A stretch of 64,000 nucleotides of DNA from an uncultured Sunxiuqinia sp. (lineage in GTDB: Bacteria; Bacteroidota; Bacteroidia; Bacteroidales; Prolixibacteraceae). Positions 20,034 through 29,156 of this stretch are shown here, piece after piece. The position numbers and the translations under genes are program-made. Below the pieces are notes generated by a model, which saw only the letters and a program-made list of their open reading frames with translations, searched no databases and was not told where the DNA came from. Positions within the stretch are counted from its first letter, which is position 1. Each line of letters opens with the position of its first letter. The stretch spans positions 71,898 through 135,897 of the forward strand of contig NZ_CAXBDD010000003.1 of NCBI RefSeq assembly GCF_963974515.1, in the 5' to 3' direction.

Positions 20034-20588
20034 ATGAAAATCAGACGTCTGTTACGAATTTGGCATCGCGACCTGGGATACTTCATCACTGGTTTAGTGC
20101 TTATTTATGCGGTTTCAGGAATCGCACTTAACCATCGCAAAGATTGGAATCCGGATTACCGGGTGGTTTCCGAAACAATGCTGTTTGATGAGAGACCATG
20201 GAGAGCGTACAGTGCTGAAGAAATAAGGCAGGTGCTAAAGCTTTTCGATCACGGACCGGTTTATAAAAAGCATTTCAACAGCAATCAAAAAGTCGTAAAG
20301 ATATTTATTGAAAATGGGATGATAATTTATGATCCGCTCAATGGAACCGCTGAAATGGAGCTGCTTGTCAGACGACCAGTTTTCTATCACATCAATAAAT
20401 TACATATGGCAGCTACTTCCAAAGCTTGGATTTGGGTGTCTGACATTTTATCGGTCGTTTTGATCTTTGTGTCGGTATCCGGATTATTTCTGCTTGGTGG
20501 GAAAAATGGACTTTCCGGAAGGGGATGGTGGCTGACCTTGTTGGGTTTCATTGTTCCTCTGTTCTTTCTGATTTTTTACATATCTTGA
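20034..20588 (+). CDS. PepSY-associated TM helix protein
   Basis: WHRDLGYF...YAVSGIALNH, NKLH and SVSGLFL motifs. Confidence 0.85.
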   Translation: MKIRRLLRIWHRDLGYFITGLVLIYAVSGIALNHRKDWNPDYRVVSETMLFDERPWRAYSAEEIRQVLKLFDHGPVYKKHFNSNQKVVKIFIENGMIIYDPLNGTAEMELLVRRPVFYHINKLHMAATSKAWIWVSDILSVVLIFVSVSGLFLLGGKNGLSGRGWWLTLLGFIVPLFFLIFYIS

Positions 20589-20614
20589 CCGTTAAAAACT
20601 AAAAATTGAGTTGT

Positions 20615-21172
20615 ATGAAAAAACTTAGCTTTATTCTATTTGGTTTATTGATTCTCGCAGCCTGCCAGTCATCGCGCCAAAATTCGGAAAGCTCAAATGA
20701 AGAACTTCTCACTTTTACAGTAGATGAAATTCAGCAACAAGGTGATGATTTTGTTGGAAAGGAAGTTGTTGTCACCGGAATGGTTTCGCATGTTTGCAAA
20801 CATAGCGGCGCCCGTTGCTTTTTAATGGGAAGCCAGGAGGAGGCAACCATTCGCGTTGAAGCCGGCCACCAGATTGGCTCCTTCAACCAGGAGCAAATGG
20901 GGAGTGACTTAAAAGTGAAGGGCGTATTGCAGGAAATTCGGATTGATGATGCCTACGTAGCCGAGATGGCGGCTGAAATAGAAGATGAAGGCACCGTCAG
21001 CGACGCGGATCATGCCATGGGGCACGATGGAAACCATGAAGTTGATGGCGGAGATCATGATCAGGATCAAGTGAATCAGCTTGCGAAAATGCGCCAGAAA
21101 ATCGAGGCCAGCGAAAAAGGTTACTACTCTATTTTCTACCTCGATGGAATATCAAGCGAAGAAGTTGAATAA
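20615..21172 (+). CDS. Lipoprotein with OB-fold-like domain
   Basis: Lipobox LAAC; VVVTGMVSHVCKHSGARCFL; acidic/His-rich linker. Confidence 0.65.
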   Translation: MKKLSFILFGLLILAACQSSRQNSESSNEELLTFTVDEIQQQGDDFVGKEVVVTGMVSHVCKHSGARCFLMGSQEEATIRVEAGHQIGSFNQEQMGSDLKVKGVLQEIRIDDAYVAEMAAEIEDEGTVSDADHAMGHDGNHEVDGGDHDQDQVNQLAKMRQKIEASEKGYYSIFYLDGISSEEVE

Positions 21173-21211
21173 GTTGACAGAGCCCGTGTGCTTGGCAGCC
21201 TCTTTTTAATG

Positions 21212-21670
21212 TTATTTCGCTTCGCTTGCGGGTACGAATTTCAAAGAAACTGAATTTACACAATGGCGGGTGTTTTTAGCCGTAAAACCTTCACCGGTAA
21301 AAACATGGCCCAAGTGTCCTCCGCAATTTGTGCAGGTAATTTCGGTCCGTCTTCCGTCGGCATCGGTCGTTCGTTTAACGGCTCCTGCGATTTCATCATC
21401 AAAGCTGGGCCAGCCACAGCCCGAATCAAACTTATTGGCCGACTGGTACAAAGGGGCGTCGCATTGTTTACAAATATATGTGCCCGCTTCTTTGTGCTTG
21501 TCATATTTTCCGGAGAAAGCAGGTTCTGTGCCTTTATGGATGATGACATATTCTTCGAACTGATTTAACTGATTGTATTCCATGATTGTATTGTTTTTAA
21601 GATTCTGTGTACAGGCGGGTACGGACCAGTCCAGCAATAGGAGCAATATAAAATAACTGAATTGTTTCAT
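21212..21670 (-). CDS. msrB: Peptide-methionine (R)-S-oxide reductase
   Basis: [41 protein letters not shown]; start is 21670 or 21583. Confidence 0.95.
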   Translation of the reverse strand: MKQFSYFILLLLLDWSVPACTQNLKNNTIMEYNQLNQFEEYVIIHKGTEPAFSGKYDKHKEAGTYICKQCDAPLYQSANKFDSGCGWPSFDDEIAGAVKRTTDADGRRTEITCTNCGGHLGHVFTGEGFTAKNTRHCVNSVSLKFVPASEAK

Positions 21671-21906
21671 CTTCACTCGTTGTTCCACCTGAAAGAAAAA
21701 GAATGTCACTGTTTTTTTATACAGACAGCCAGATGGATGATTTTGTTCGGCAATCATTACCCTCTGTTATTTTTGTCATATTTTGCGCTTTTGGTGTTCT
21801 GAGTTAAAAATGATTTGAAAAATATTGAATGGAGCTTTGGCTTTAACTGTCAAAAGTAAGGTATCTTGCGGCCGAAATCAGAAACAGAAAATAATTCCAA
21901 TAATTT

Positions 21907-22593
21907 ATGGAAATACCCATAATCTACCAGGATGAATATCTTTTGGTTGTTGATAAGCCAGTTGATCTGCCGGTGCATAAAAACGATTTTATGCCTCACG
22001 ATGCGCCGTACCTGACCAAATTGATTGGCGACGAGACCGGACAGTGGATCTACAATGTGCACCGGCTCGACTCAAAAACATCCGGCCTGATTATTCTGGC
22101 TCGCTCATCGGAGGTGGCGCATCATCTAACGTTACAGTTTGAGCGAAAGGAAGTTGATAAGGAGTACTTGACTATTGTGTTGGGGGAAGTGCCCGATAAA
22201 GGCTTTTTTGACGGGAAGGTAGTCGTTAAGAAAAAAAGCAAGTTCAAAAAGGATGCCTTGACACGCTTTCAGCGGGAGCGGCTGGTGCAAACCAATATTT
22301 CGTATAAAGAACACACCAATGTTTGCCTGAGTCTGGTTCGTGTAATGCCGGATACGGGACGTTGGCATCAAATCAGGCAGCACTTTGCCAAAAACCGACA
22401 CGACATTGTTGGCGACTCGCACCATGGCGATTTCACCCTGAACAAGCTAATCAAAGCCGAATGGGGATTTAGCCGGTTGATGTTGCACGCGTCGAAACTG
22501 GCCTTTACTCACCCGGTGTCGGGTGAAAAGCTAAGTTTTGAAGCTAAATTTCCAGATGAGTTTGAACGATTGCTTGAGGCTGTTCAAGCATAG
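21907..22593 (+). CDS. RluA/TruC-family pseudouridine synthase
   Basis: VVDKP, HRLDSKTSG catalytic motif, TGRWHQIRQH, GD..HG, LMLHA. Confidence 0.9.
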   Translation: MEIPIIYQDEYLLVVDKPVDLPVHKNDFMPHDAPYLTKLIGDETGQWIYNVHRLDSKTSGLIILARSSEVAHHLTLQFERKEVDKEYLTIVLGEVPDKGFFDGKVVVKKKSKFKKDALTRFQRERLVQTNISYKEHTNVCLSLVRVMPDTGRWHQIRQHFAKNRHDIVGDSHHGDFTLNKLIKAEWGFSRLMLHASKLAFTHPVSGEKLSFEAKFPDEFERLLEAVQA

Positions 22594-22702
22594 TTATGAG
22601 GTAGTAGTCATTTTTGTTGTGGGCGAGTCGGTTCTTGAAGGTGCTATCGACAGGGATGAACAGGTGGAATTTGAAACTGCAACTGAAGGGAGGCCAGACT
22701 CC

Positions 22703-23371
22703 TCAAGAATTTGAAATCGCCTGGATCGGAAGCAGGTACAAAAATGAGAAAAAGTGGCAGATGGAGCCACCTAAAATGAATAGGTGAAAAACGAGATGGA
22801 AAAATGGCACTTTTGGAAACAGATAAAAAATGGCTCCCGATGTGTAGCTTAGTCCGCCCGCCAGCAAAAACCAAAGCGACGTGTTGGGGACATTCTGAAT
22901 GACGGGTACAATAGCCACAACAATCAGCCAACCCATAGCCACATAAAGCCAAGCCGAAAGGTTACGCCATTTAGAGGAGTAGAACCGCATCTTAAAAACA
23001 ATTCCAGCAATAGCCATCCCCCAAATCAGTCCAAAAATCGTCCAGCCAATCCATCCACGAAGCGAAATCAACGAAATGGGCGTGTACGAGCCAGCAATCA
23101 GAATGTATATGGCCGAGTGGTCTACTCGGTTCAGTTTGGCTTTTAGCCGCGGATTTTTGGCACTGTGAAAGAGGGTCGAAGCAAGGTACAACAAAATCAT
23201 GCTGGCTCCAAATACTGCAAAACTGACAATGTGCCAGGCATTGCCGTAAAGCGCACCAAACACGGTTAAAATGGTTACTCCGGCTATTGCCAGCCCAATC
23301 CCGATGCCATGCGAGATGCTATTGGCGATTTCTTCCGCCCGAATTAAGTTCTTTCCTTTTACTTTTTTCAT
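22703..23371 (-). CDS. Hemolysin III / PAQR family membrane protein
   Basis: EEIANSISHG, STLFHS, DHSAIYILIAGSYTP, FHLVFHLF. Confidence 0.92.
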   Translation of the reverse strand: MKKVKGKNLIRAEEIANSISHGIGIGLAIAGVTILTVFGALYGNAWHIVSFAVFGASMILLYLASTLFHSAKNPRLKAKLNRVDHSAIYILIAGSYTPISLISLRGWIGWTIFGLIWGMAIAGIVFKMRFYSSKWRNLSAWLYVAMGWLIVVAIVPVIQNVPNTSLWFLLAGGLSYTSGAIFYLFPKVPFFHLVFHLFILGGSICHFFSFLYLLPIQAISNS

Positions 23372-23574
23372 TTTGTCCGATCTGTTGTTTGCTGTCCGTA
23401 TTTCTCAGCCAGCTCCCATTTCAAATGGCCAAGTGCTTTTGTCAGCCATTTGATTTCTCTGCAAGGACAAAATTAGAAATAAATCAGAAAAACTGATTGA
23501 TTCAATTTCCCGCCAGATGTAGCGCGAAAACACCAGCACCGATCGACACCCATTTGTTGCCTTCAATAAAACCA

Positions 23575-24531
23575 TTATTTGTTTTCATAGGCTTTTTTCA
23601 GCTCGGCAATATCCAGCTTTTTCATTTGCATCATGGCCTTCATTACTCTCCCTGACTTTTCAATGTCGGGATCGCCAATCAAATCAGCCATTATTGAGGG
23701 GACAATTTGCCAGGAAACGCCATATTTATCTTTAAGCCAGCCACATTGCTGTGCATTCAAATCGCCTCCTGTAGATAGGTTATCCCAGAAATAATCGACT
23801 TCTTCTTGTGTTTGACAGGCAATCATCATTGATATTGCCTCTGTGAACGCAAAAGCGTGTTGTAAACTACTATCCATCGCTGCAAATTGCTGTCCGTCAA
23901 GTTTGAATGCCGCATAATTGAGTGTTCCTTCGGTGCCGCCTTCGCCTTCTTTGTAGCGGCTGAGCGCCCCAACCGAAGAGTTCTCAAAAACAGAAGTATA
24001 GAAATGAATGGCCTCTTCTGCCTTCCCATTATTTCGACCTACAAAGAGGAGCGACGGAACAATCCTCGCCATATCGTTGGTGAGATTTAATTGCCACGAT
24101 AGGCCATACTTATCTTCAATCCACCCATATTTTTCGCTAAACGGGTACTTGTTTAGTGGCATTAGTGCGGTACCTCCCTCTGAAAGCCGTGCCCATAAGC
24201 GATCAACTTCTTCCGGGGTCTGACAGTTGATGAAGAAAGAAATCGCGGGGGTAAATTTAAAATGGGGCCCAGCATTCAAGGCTGTAAACTGAAATCCTTG
24301 AATTTGAAAATCAATGGACAAGACAGTTCCCGGTTCCATCCGGTGGGTTTCCTTTCCTGCTTCGCCATAGTAGGAAGTTCGGCCAATACGCGAGTTGTCG
24401 AATAGGGAGGTGTAAAAAGCGGTTGCTTCTTCAGCCTGGTCGCTAAACCATAGGCATGGTCTGATTTTTTGTTGATGTTCTTTTTCGTTTGTGCCATTCC
24501 TTGCAGGATGACTCTTTTCTGTCGTTTTCAT
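23575..24531 (-). CDS. Tandem-domain VOC / PhnB-like protein
   Basis: Two repeats of the PCLWF...AEEA..FY and QEEVD..W...GW..DKYG.SWQ pattern. Confidence 0.9.
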   Translation of the reverse strand: MKTTEKSHPARNGTNEKEHQQKIRPCLWFSDQAEEATAFYTSLFDNSRIGRTSYYGEAGKETHRMEPGTVLSIDFQIQGFQFTALNAGPHFKFTPAISFFINCQTPEEVDRLWARLSEGGTALMPLNKYPFSEKYGWIEDKYGLSWQLNLTNDMARIVPSLLFVGRNNGKAEEAIHFYTSVFENSSVGALSRYKEGEGGTEGTLNYAAFKLDGQQFAAMDSSLQHAFAFTEAISMMIACQTQEEVDYFWDNLSTGGDLNAQQCGWLKDKYGVSWQIVPSIMADLIGDPDIEKSGRVMKAMMQMKKLDIAELKKAYENK

Positions 24532-24651
24532 ATTTCATTTATTTTCTGTTGATCGATATACAAACTTAATAATCACTTTCGTTGTTAACAATGTGTAATG
24601 CCGTCATATTAAAGGGCGTATTGCGACATTAAACCACAAAACCTGAAAACA

Positions 24652-25662
24652 ATGAAACATGTATCAATACTTATTCCGAATGGACATTATAGTCTCGTGA
24701 ACATTGAGGGGACTCACCAGATTTTTTCCTGGGTGAATGAATTTCTGCAATCAACCAACCGCGAACCCTTGTTTAATTTGCATTTGGTTGGTGTTTCCCG
24801 GTCGATGACCCAAACCAATGGTCTGTTTACGATTAACCCCGATTTGCTGATTGATGAAGTCACAAAGACCGATCTGATCATCATTCCAGCCATTCATGGC
24901 GACCTGCGGCAAAACCTGCGGATGAATGCTTTCCTGGCGCCTTGGATTGTTAATCATTACCACCGTGGTGCCGAAGTAGTCAGCTTGTGTATTGGCTCCT
25001 TTTTTCTGGCAGCTACGGGCTTGCTGAATGGAAAGCCCTGTTCCACCCACTGGCAGTTTGCGCACGAATTCAGAAAGCAGTTTCCGAAGGTTATTCTGAA
25101 GGATCATAAGATTGTGACCGAAGCAGATGGTATTTATACCAGCGGAGGAGCATATTCATTCACCAACCTGCTGATGTATCTCATTGAAAAATATACTGAT
25201 CGCGAGCTTGCAGTCATGGCTTCGAAAGCTTTTATGATTGACATTGAACGTTACAGCCAGTCGCCGTTTATGATGTTTATGGGGCAGAAAGCACATCAGG
25301 ATGAGGTGGTTTTGAAGGCGCAGGAGTTTATTGAGCAAAATTTTTCGGATAAAATTACCATTGACAAATTGTCGCAGCAGGTGAACGTCGGGCGACGAAC
25401 GTTGGAGCGCCGGTTCAAGCGGGCAACATCGAATACCATTGCCGAATACATGCAGCGGGTAAAAATGGAAGCCGCGAAAAAAGAACTGGAAGCGGGAGTT
25501 AAAACTGTGAGCGAAGTGATGTATGATGTGGGTTATGTCGATGTGAAGGCTTTTCGCGATGTGTTTAAAAAAGTGGCTGGTATTTCGCCAATCGAATATC
25601 GGAATAAGTACTCATCTAAAAGTGAGAAAGTGAAGCATGTGAAAGAAAGGCTGGCAGTTTAG
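24652..25662 (+). CDS. GlxA-family regulator (DJ-1/PfpI plus AraC HTH)
   Basis: SLCIGSFFLAATGLLNGK..STHW and YTSGG; C-terminal RTLERRFK...VGY AraC HTH; divergent from the VOC gene. Confidence 0.92.
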   Translation: MKHVSILIPNGHYSLVNIEGTHQIFSWVNEFLQSTNREPLFNLHLVGVSRSMTQTNGLFTINPDLLIDEVTKTDLIIIPAIHGDLRQNLRMNAFLAPWIVNHYHRGAEVVSLCIGSFFLAATGLLNGKPCSTHWQFAHEFRKQFPKVILKDHKIVTEADGIYTSGGAYSFTNLLMYLIEKYTDRELAVMASKAFMIDIERYSQSPFMMFMGQKAHQDEVVLKAQEFIEQNFSDKITIDKLSQQVNVGRRTLERRFKRATSNTIAEYMQRVKMEAAKKELEAGVKTVSEVMYDVGYVDVKAFRDVFKKVAGISPIEYRNKYSSKSEKVKHVKERLAV

Positions 25663-25714
25663 TTCAACGAATTGAATCAACCCACCAGCGCTATTCATCT
25701 CTTGACTCATCTAA

Positions 25715-26101
25715 CTACAAAGCCGCAATCACACGCTTAAGTCGGTCAGTAATATCTGTAGCAATCGCCTCCAACGCTGGATTCTCTACGGCCATCATGG
25801 AGGCAATCGGATTCACAGCGGCCACTTCAACTTTGTTGTTACTGGTTTCCTGTACAATGACATTGCAGGGCAGCATGGTGCCAATCTTATCTTCAGCTTG
25901 CAAGGCCTGATAGGCTGCCGGTGGATTACAGGCACCGAGGATCCGATATTTCCGGAAGTCAACATCCAACTTTTCTTTCAGCTTTTCGTGGATGTTAATT
26001 TCAGATAAAACACCAAATCCCTCTTTTTTCAACTCTTCTGTCACTTTTTCAACGGCCTCGTCAAAGGTGTAGTCCGTCACTTTATCAATGTAATACTTCA
26101 T
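25715..26101 (-). CDS. DUF302 domain protein
   Basis: GFGVLSEIN, YRILGACNP, IGTMLPCNVIV. Confidence 0.9.
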   Translation of the reverse strand: MKYYIDKVTDYTFDEAVEKVTEELKKEGFGVLSEINIHEKLKEKLDVDFRKYRILGACNPPAAYQALQAEDKIGTMLPCNVIVQETSNNKVEVAAVNPIASMMAVENPALEAIATDITDRLKRVIAAL

Positions 26102-26297
26102 GATTATTGTTCTTTTAGGTGATTAATAAAATTTATTTAAATCGAGTTTAAATCGTCATATGTTCATTGTTGTTAAGCTAACAACAGTTTGGAGTTCGCC
26201 TTTGTTTGCTCCTGTCGAATTTGTCAGATCGGTAAGGACTCAAGTAGGAATTTAGCTGTAATTTACGAATATAAAAATGTTGGGGCAGGCTGTGCAT

Positions 26298-26522
26298 TTA
26301 CTTCAGATCCTTTCTGCGTTTTTCATACTCCTGCTGGTCAATTTCTCCTTTGGCGTAACGGTCTCTCAGAATATCAAAGGCCGTTTTATGTCTTCTTCTC
26401 GGTTTTCGCTTACGCTTTCCAACCGTGCGCAAGAGAAGCCAAAGCATGGCCAAAATCAGAATAAGAACAATGGTCCAGCCAAAGCCCATTCCCCAGCCAT
26501 GAAATTCAAATCCATTCATCAT
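26298..26522 (-). CDS. SHOCT domain small membrane protein
   Basis: HGWGMGFGW plus TM helix; TAFDILRDRYAKGEIDQQEYEKRR. Confidence 0.88.
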   Translation of the reverse strand: MMNGFEFHGWGMGFGWTIVLILILAMLWLLLRTVGKRKRKPRRRHKTAFDILRDRYAKGEIDQQEYEKRRKDLK

Positions 26523-26545
26523 ATCAGGTCTCCTTTTCTTAAAAA

Positions 26546-28825
26546 TTAGTGGTTAATATGTAGTTTCTTTTTTAACAATTGGGCATTGATGGCGACAATG
26601 ATAGTGCTAAGACTCATTAATCCTGCTCCAAGTGCCGGGCTGATAAGTATGCCCGATTGGTACAAAACACCTGCAGCCAAAGGAATCGCCACAATGTTGT
26701 AAGCTGTTGCCCAAACAAAATTCTGGATCATTTTTCTGTAAGTTTCCTTTCCAAACATCACCAGCGAAACGATGTCGTTTGGATTGCTGTTAACCAGAAT
26801 GATATCAGCAGTTTCGGCAGCAACATCGGTCCCTGATCCGACAGCTATACCAACATCGGCTGTGGCCAGAGCAGGCGCGTCGTTGATTCCATCGCCGGTC
26901 ATGGCCACAAACTCGCCTTGTTGCTGAAATTCCTTTACTTTATCCAGCTTTTCGTCGGGCAGAATGCCGGCAAAATAACCATCCAAGCCCAGTTCCTCGC
27001 TGACACTTTTGGCTACTTGCTCGTTGTCGCCAGTCATCATGTAAACCTTCATTCCATTCTCTTTCAATGTTTTTATTGCCTCGTACGATTCTTCACGAAT
27101 CTCGTCGGCCATGGCAATAAAGCCTGCAAGCTGGTCATCAACCACGACAAAAACAATAGTTTCCTTCCCATTCTGACTGGCTTCATCCGGAATATCTAGG
27201 TTGTTTTCCTTTAGAAAGCCAGGACTGACCACTTTTACTTTTCGCTCCCCAATGTCCGCTTCAATTCCCTTTCCGGTCAGGGCTTTGAAATTCTCGATGT
27301 CCGGAAGTTTAATTGTCTCTTCTTTCACTTTATCCAAAATGCCGATCGCCAGCGGGTGTTCGGATTCAGATTCGACTGCACCGGCCAGCTTTAAAATTTC
27401 GTCATCTGACAACTGTTCTTGGACTGACTGAAAGCGCGTCACCCCAAAATTGCCTTTGGTCAGCGTACCGGTCTTGTCGAAGGCCATTAAGGATATTTTA
27501 CGCGAATTTTCAAAGGCTGTCCGGTTGCGGATCAGCAGGCCGTTTTGTGCCGATATGGATGTTGAAATGGCCACCACCAGAGGAACTGCTAATCCCAATG
27601 CATGTGGACAAGTAATGACCATCACGCTGGCCATGCGCTCAAGCGCGAAGGCAAAAGGCTCGCCAGCTGCCAACCAAACCGCCAGGGTGCCAAAGCCAAT
27701 GGTCAGGGCTACAATGGTCAACCAAAAGGCAATGCGATCTGCTAAATGTTGAGTTTTTGATTTTTTATTTTGGGCATCCTGCACCATGTTAATGACTTTT
27801 TCAAGGTACGCATCTTCACCTACTTGCTCCACCTTTATCTTAAGCGAGCTGTTGCCGTTGATTGTTCCACCGATCACCTGGTCGTCTGTTGATTTTTTGA
27901 CCGGCTGCGATTCACCGGTAACCATAGCCTGGTTTACGTTGCTTTCTCCCTCGCTAATTACCCCGTCAACGGGTATTTTTTCACCCGGACGCACCAGCAC
28001 CAGGTCTCCTTTTTCAAGCTGATCAACAGTTACATCTTCTGTATCGCCATTTTTCAGTCGGTGGGCTTCCGACGGCATCAAGTCAACCAGCTGTTGTAAC
28101 GATTTTGAAGCTCCCATCACCGATTTCATCTCAATCCAGTGCCCGAGCAGCATAACATCAATTAATGTAGCGAGTTCCCAGAAAAAGGTTTTGCCTTCCA
28201 GTCCGAAGGTGGTGGCCGAACTGTAACCCCAGGCGATGGTAATAGCCACCGCAATCAACGTCATCATGCCCGGTTGTTTCTTTTTAAGCTCGTCAGCCAG
28301 ACCTGTCAAAAAAGGCCACCCACCATAAAAGTAGACGACGGACGACAAGCTGAACAGGACATAATTGGAAGCATCAAAGGTCAGTTCATAGCCAAGCAAA
28401 TCCTGGATCATCGGTGACAGAATGAGAATCGGCAAGGTAAGTGCTAACGATATCCAAAACCGTTTTTTAAAGTCCTGGATCATGGCCGCATGATGCCCGG
28501 AATGGTCATGAGAACCATGATCGTGATGATCCCCTCTCACATTTTCTTCTTCCCGGGAATGATGATGGTGGTGTTCTTTTTCCTCCGCTGATTCGCTTCT
28601 CTTTTCGGGAGTGTTGTGGTTCTGCTTGTTCCTGTCAAATGAGGGATTGTGATGGTCGTGCTTCTTTTTTGTTCCTGATTTCGTTTCGGATTTTTCGTGT
28701 CTGCTTTCATGGGCTTGCTCATTTTGTTTTTCATGTTTTCCGGAATGCTCCTTGTGATGCTGATCGTCAGATTGATCTCTGTTTTTATTGTGATCACTGA
28801 GATCTGAGTGCTTGTGTTGGTCCAT
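26546..28825 (-). CDS. copB: Copper-translocating P1B-3 ATPase (CopB type) with His-rich N-terminus
   Basis: TM motif CPH (VITCPHALGLA), DKTGTLT, GES, SEHP, GDGINDAP. Confidence 0.92.
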   Translation of the reverse strand: MDQHKHSDLSDHNKNRDQSDDQHHKEHSGKHEKQNEQAHESRHEKSETKSGTKKKHDHHNPSFDRNKQNHNTPEKRSESAEEKEHHHHHSREEENVRGDHHDHGSHDHSGHHAAMIQDFKKRFWISLALTLPILILSPMIQDLLGYELTFDASNYVLFSLSSVVYFYGGWPFLTGLADELKKKQPGMMTLIAVAITIAWGYSSATTFGLEGKTFFWELATLIDVMLLGHWIEMKSVMGASKSLQQLVDLMPSEAHRLKNGDTEDVTVDQLEKGDLVLVRPGEKIPVDGVISEGESNVNQAMVTGESQPVKKSTDDQVIGGTINGNSSLKIKVEQVGEDAYLEKVINMVQDAQNKKSKTQHLADRIAFWLTIVALTIGFGTLAVWLAAGEPFAFALERMASVMVITCPHALGLAVPLVVAISTSISAQNGLLIRNRTAFENSRKISLMAFDKTGTLTKGNFGVTRFQSVQEQLSDDEILKLAGAVESESEHPLAIGILDKVKEETIKLPDIENFKALTGKGIEADIGERKVKVVSPGFLKENNLDIPDEASQNGKETIVFVVVDDQLAGFIAMADEIREESYEAIKTLKENGMKVYMMTGDNEQVAKSVSEELGLDGYFAGILPDEKLDKVKEFQQQGEFVAMTGDGINDAPALATADVGIAVGSGTDVAAETADIILVNSNPNDIVSLVMFGKETYRKMIQNFVWATAYNIVAIPLAAGVLYQSGILISPALGAGLMSLSTIIVAINAQLLKKKLHINH

Positions 28826-28850
28826 AGCTGTCTTTTTTCAATCTAAAACT

Positions 28851-28865
28851 GAAAAAACCATGCCA
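28851..28865 (-). promoter_or_regulatory. Candidate sigma54 (-24/-12) promoter for the copB cluster
   Basis: Minus strand TGGCATG-GTTT-TTTC versus consensus TGGCACG-N4-TTGC, about 25 nt before the ATG. Confidence 0.4.
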
Positions 28866-29156
28866 TCAAGAGTTCGATTTTTCAATCCTGCGGAGTACGC
28901 TGAAATAGCCTGATAATAAGTTTGATTGTTTGTTTTTGTACGTGGCAAACAGTACACGGGTGTTGTACTTTTTCTACACCAAGAATCTAATGTTAAAATA
29001 GCCGATCAGAAAGTTGTCAGATGCAAAACACCGGGGTAAAATTTTCGAATTAAGCGTCACGATTACCATGTTGAATTTAAATGCTACCTTTGCGTCCTTT
29101 ATTTATCATCCCATCACTTTTAGAAACTATTTTTAGATGGGAACAAAAATTAGTGA

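Noticed and set aside
22703-23371. Hemolysin III as a toxin
   Set aside because: PAQR-family membrane protein common in non-pathogens; no secretion context
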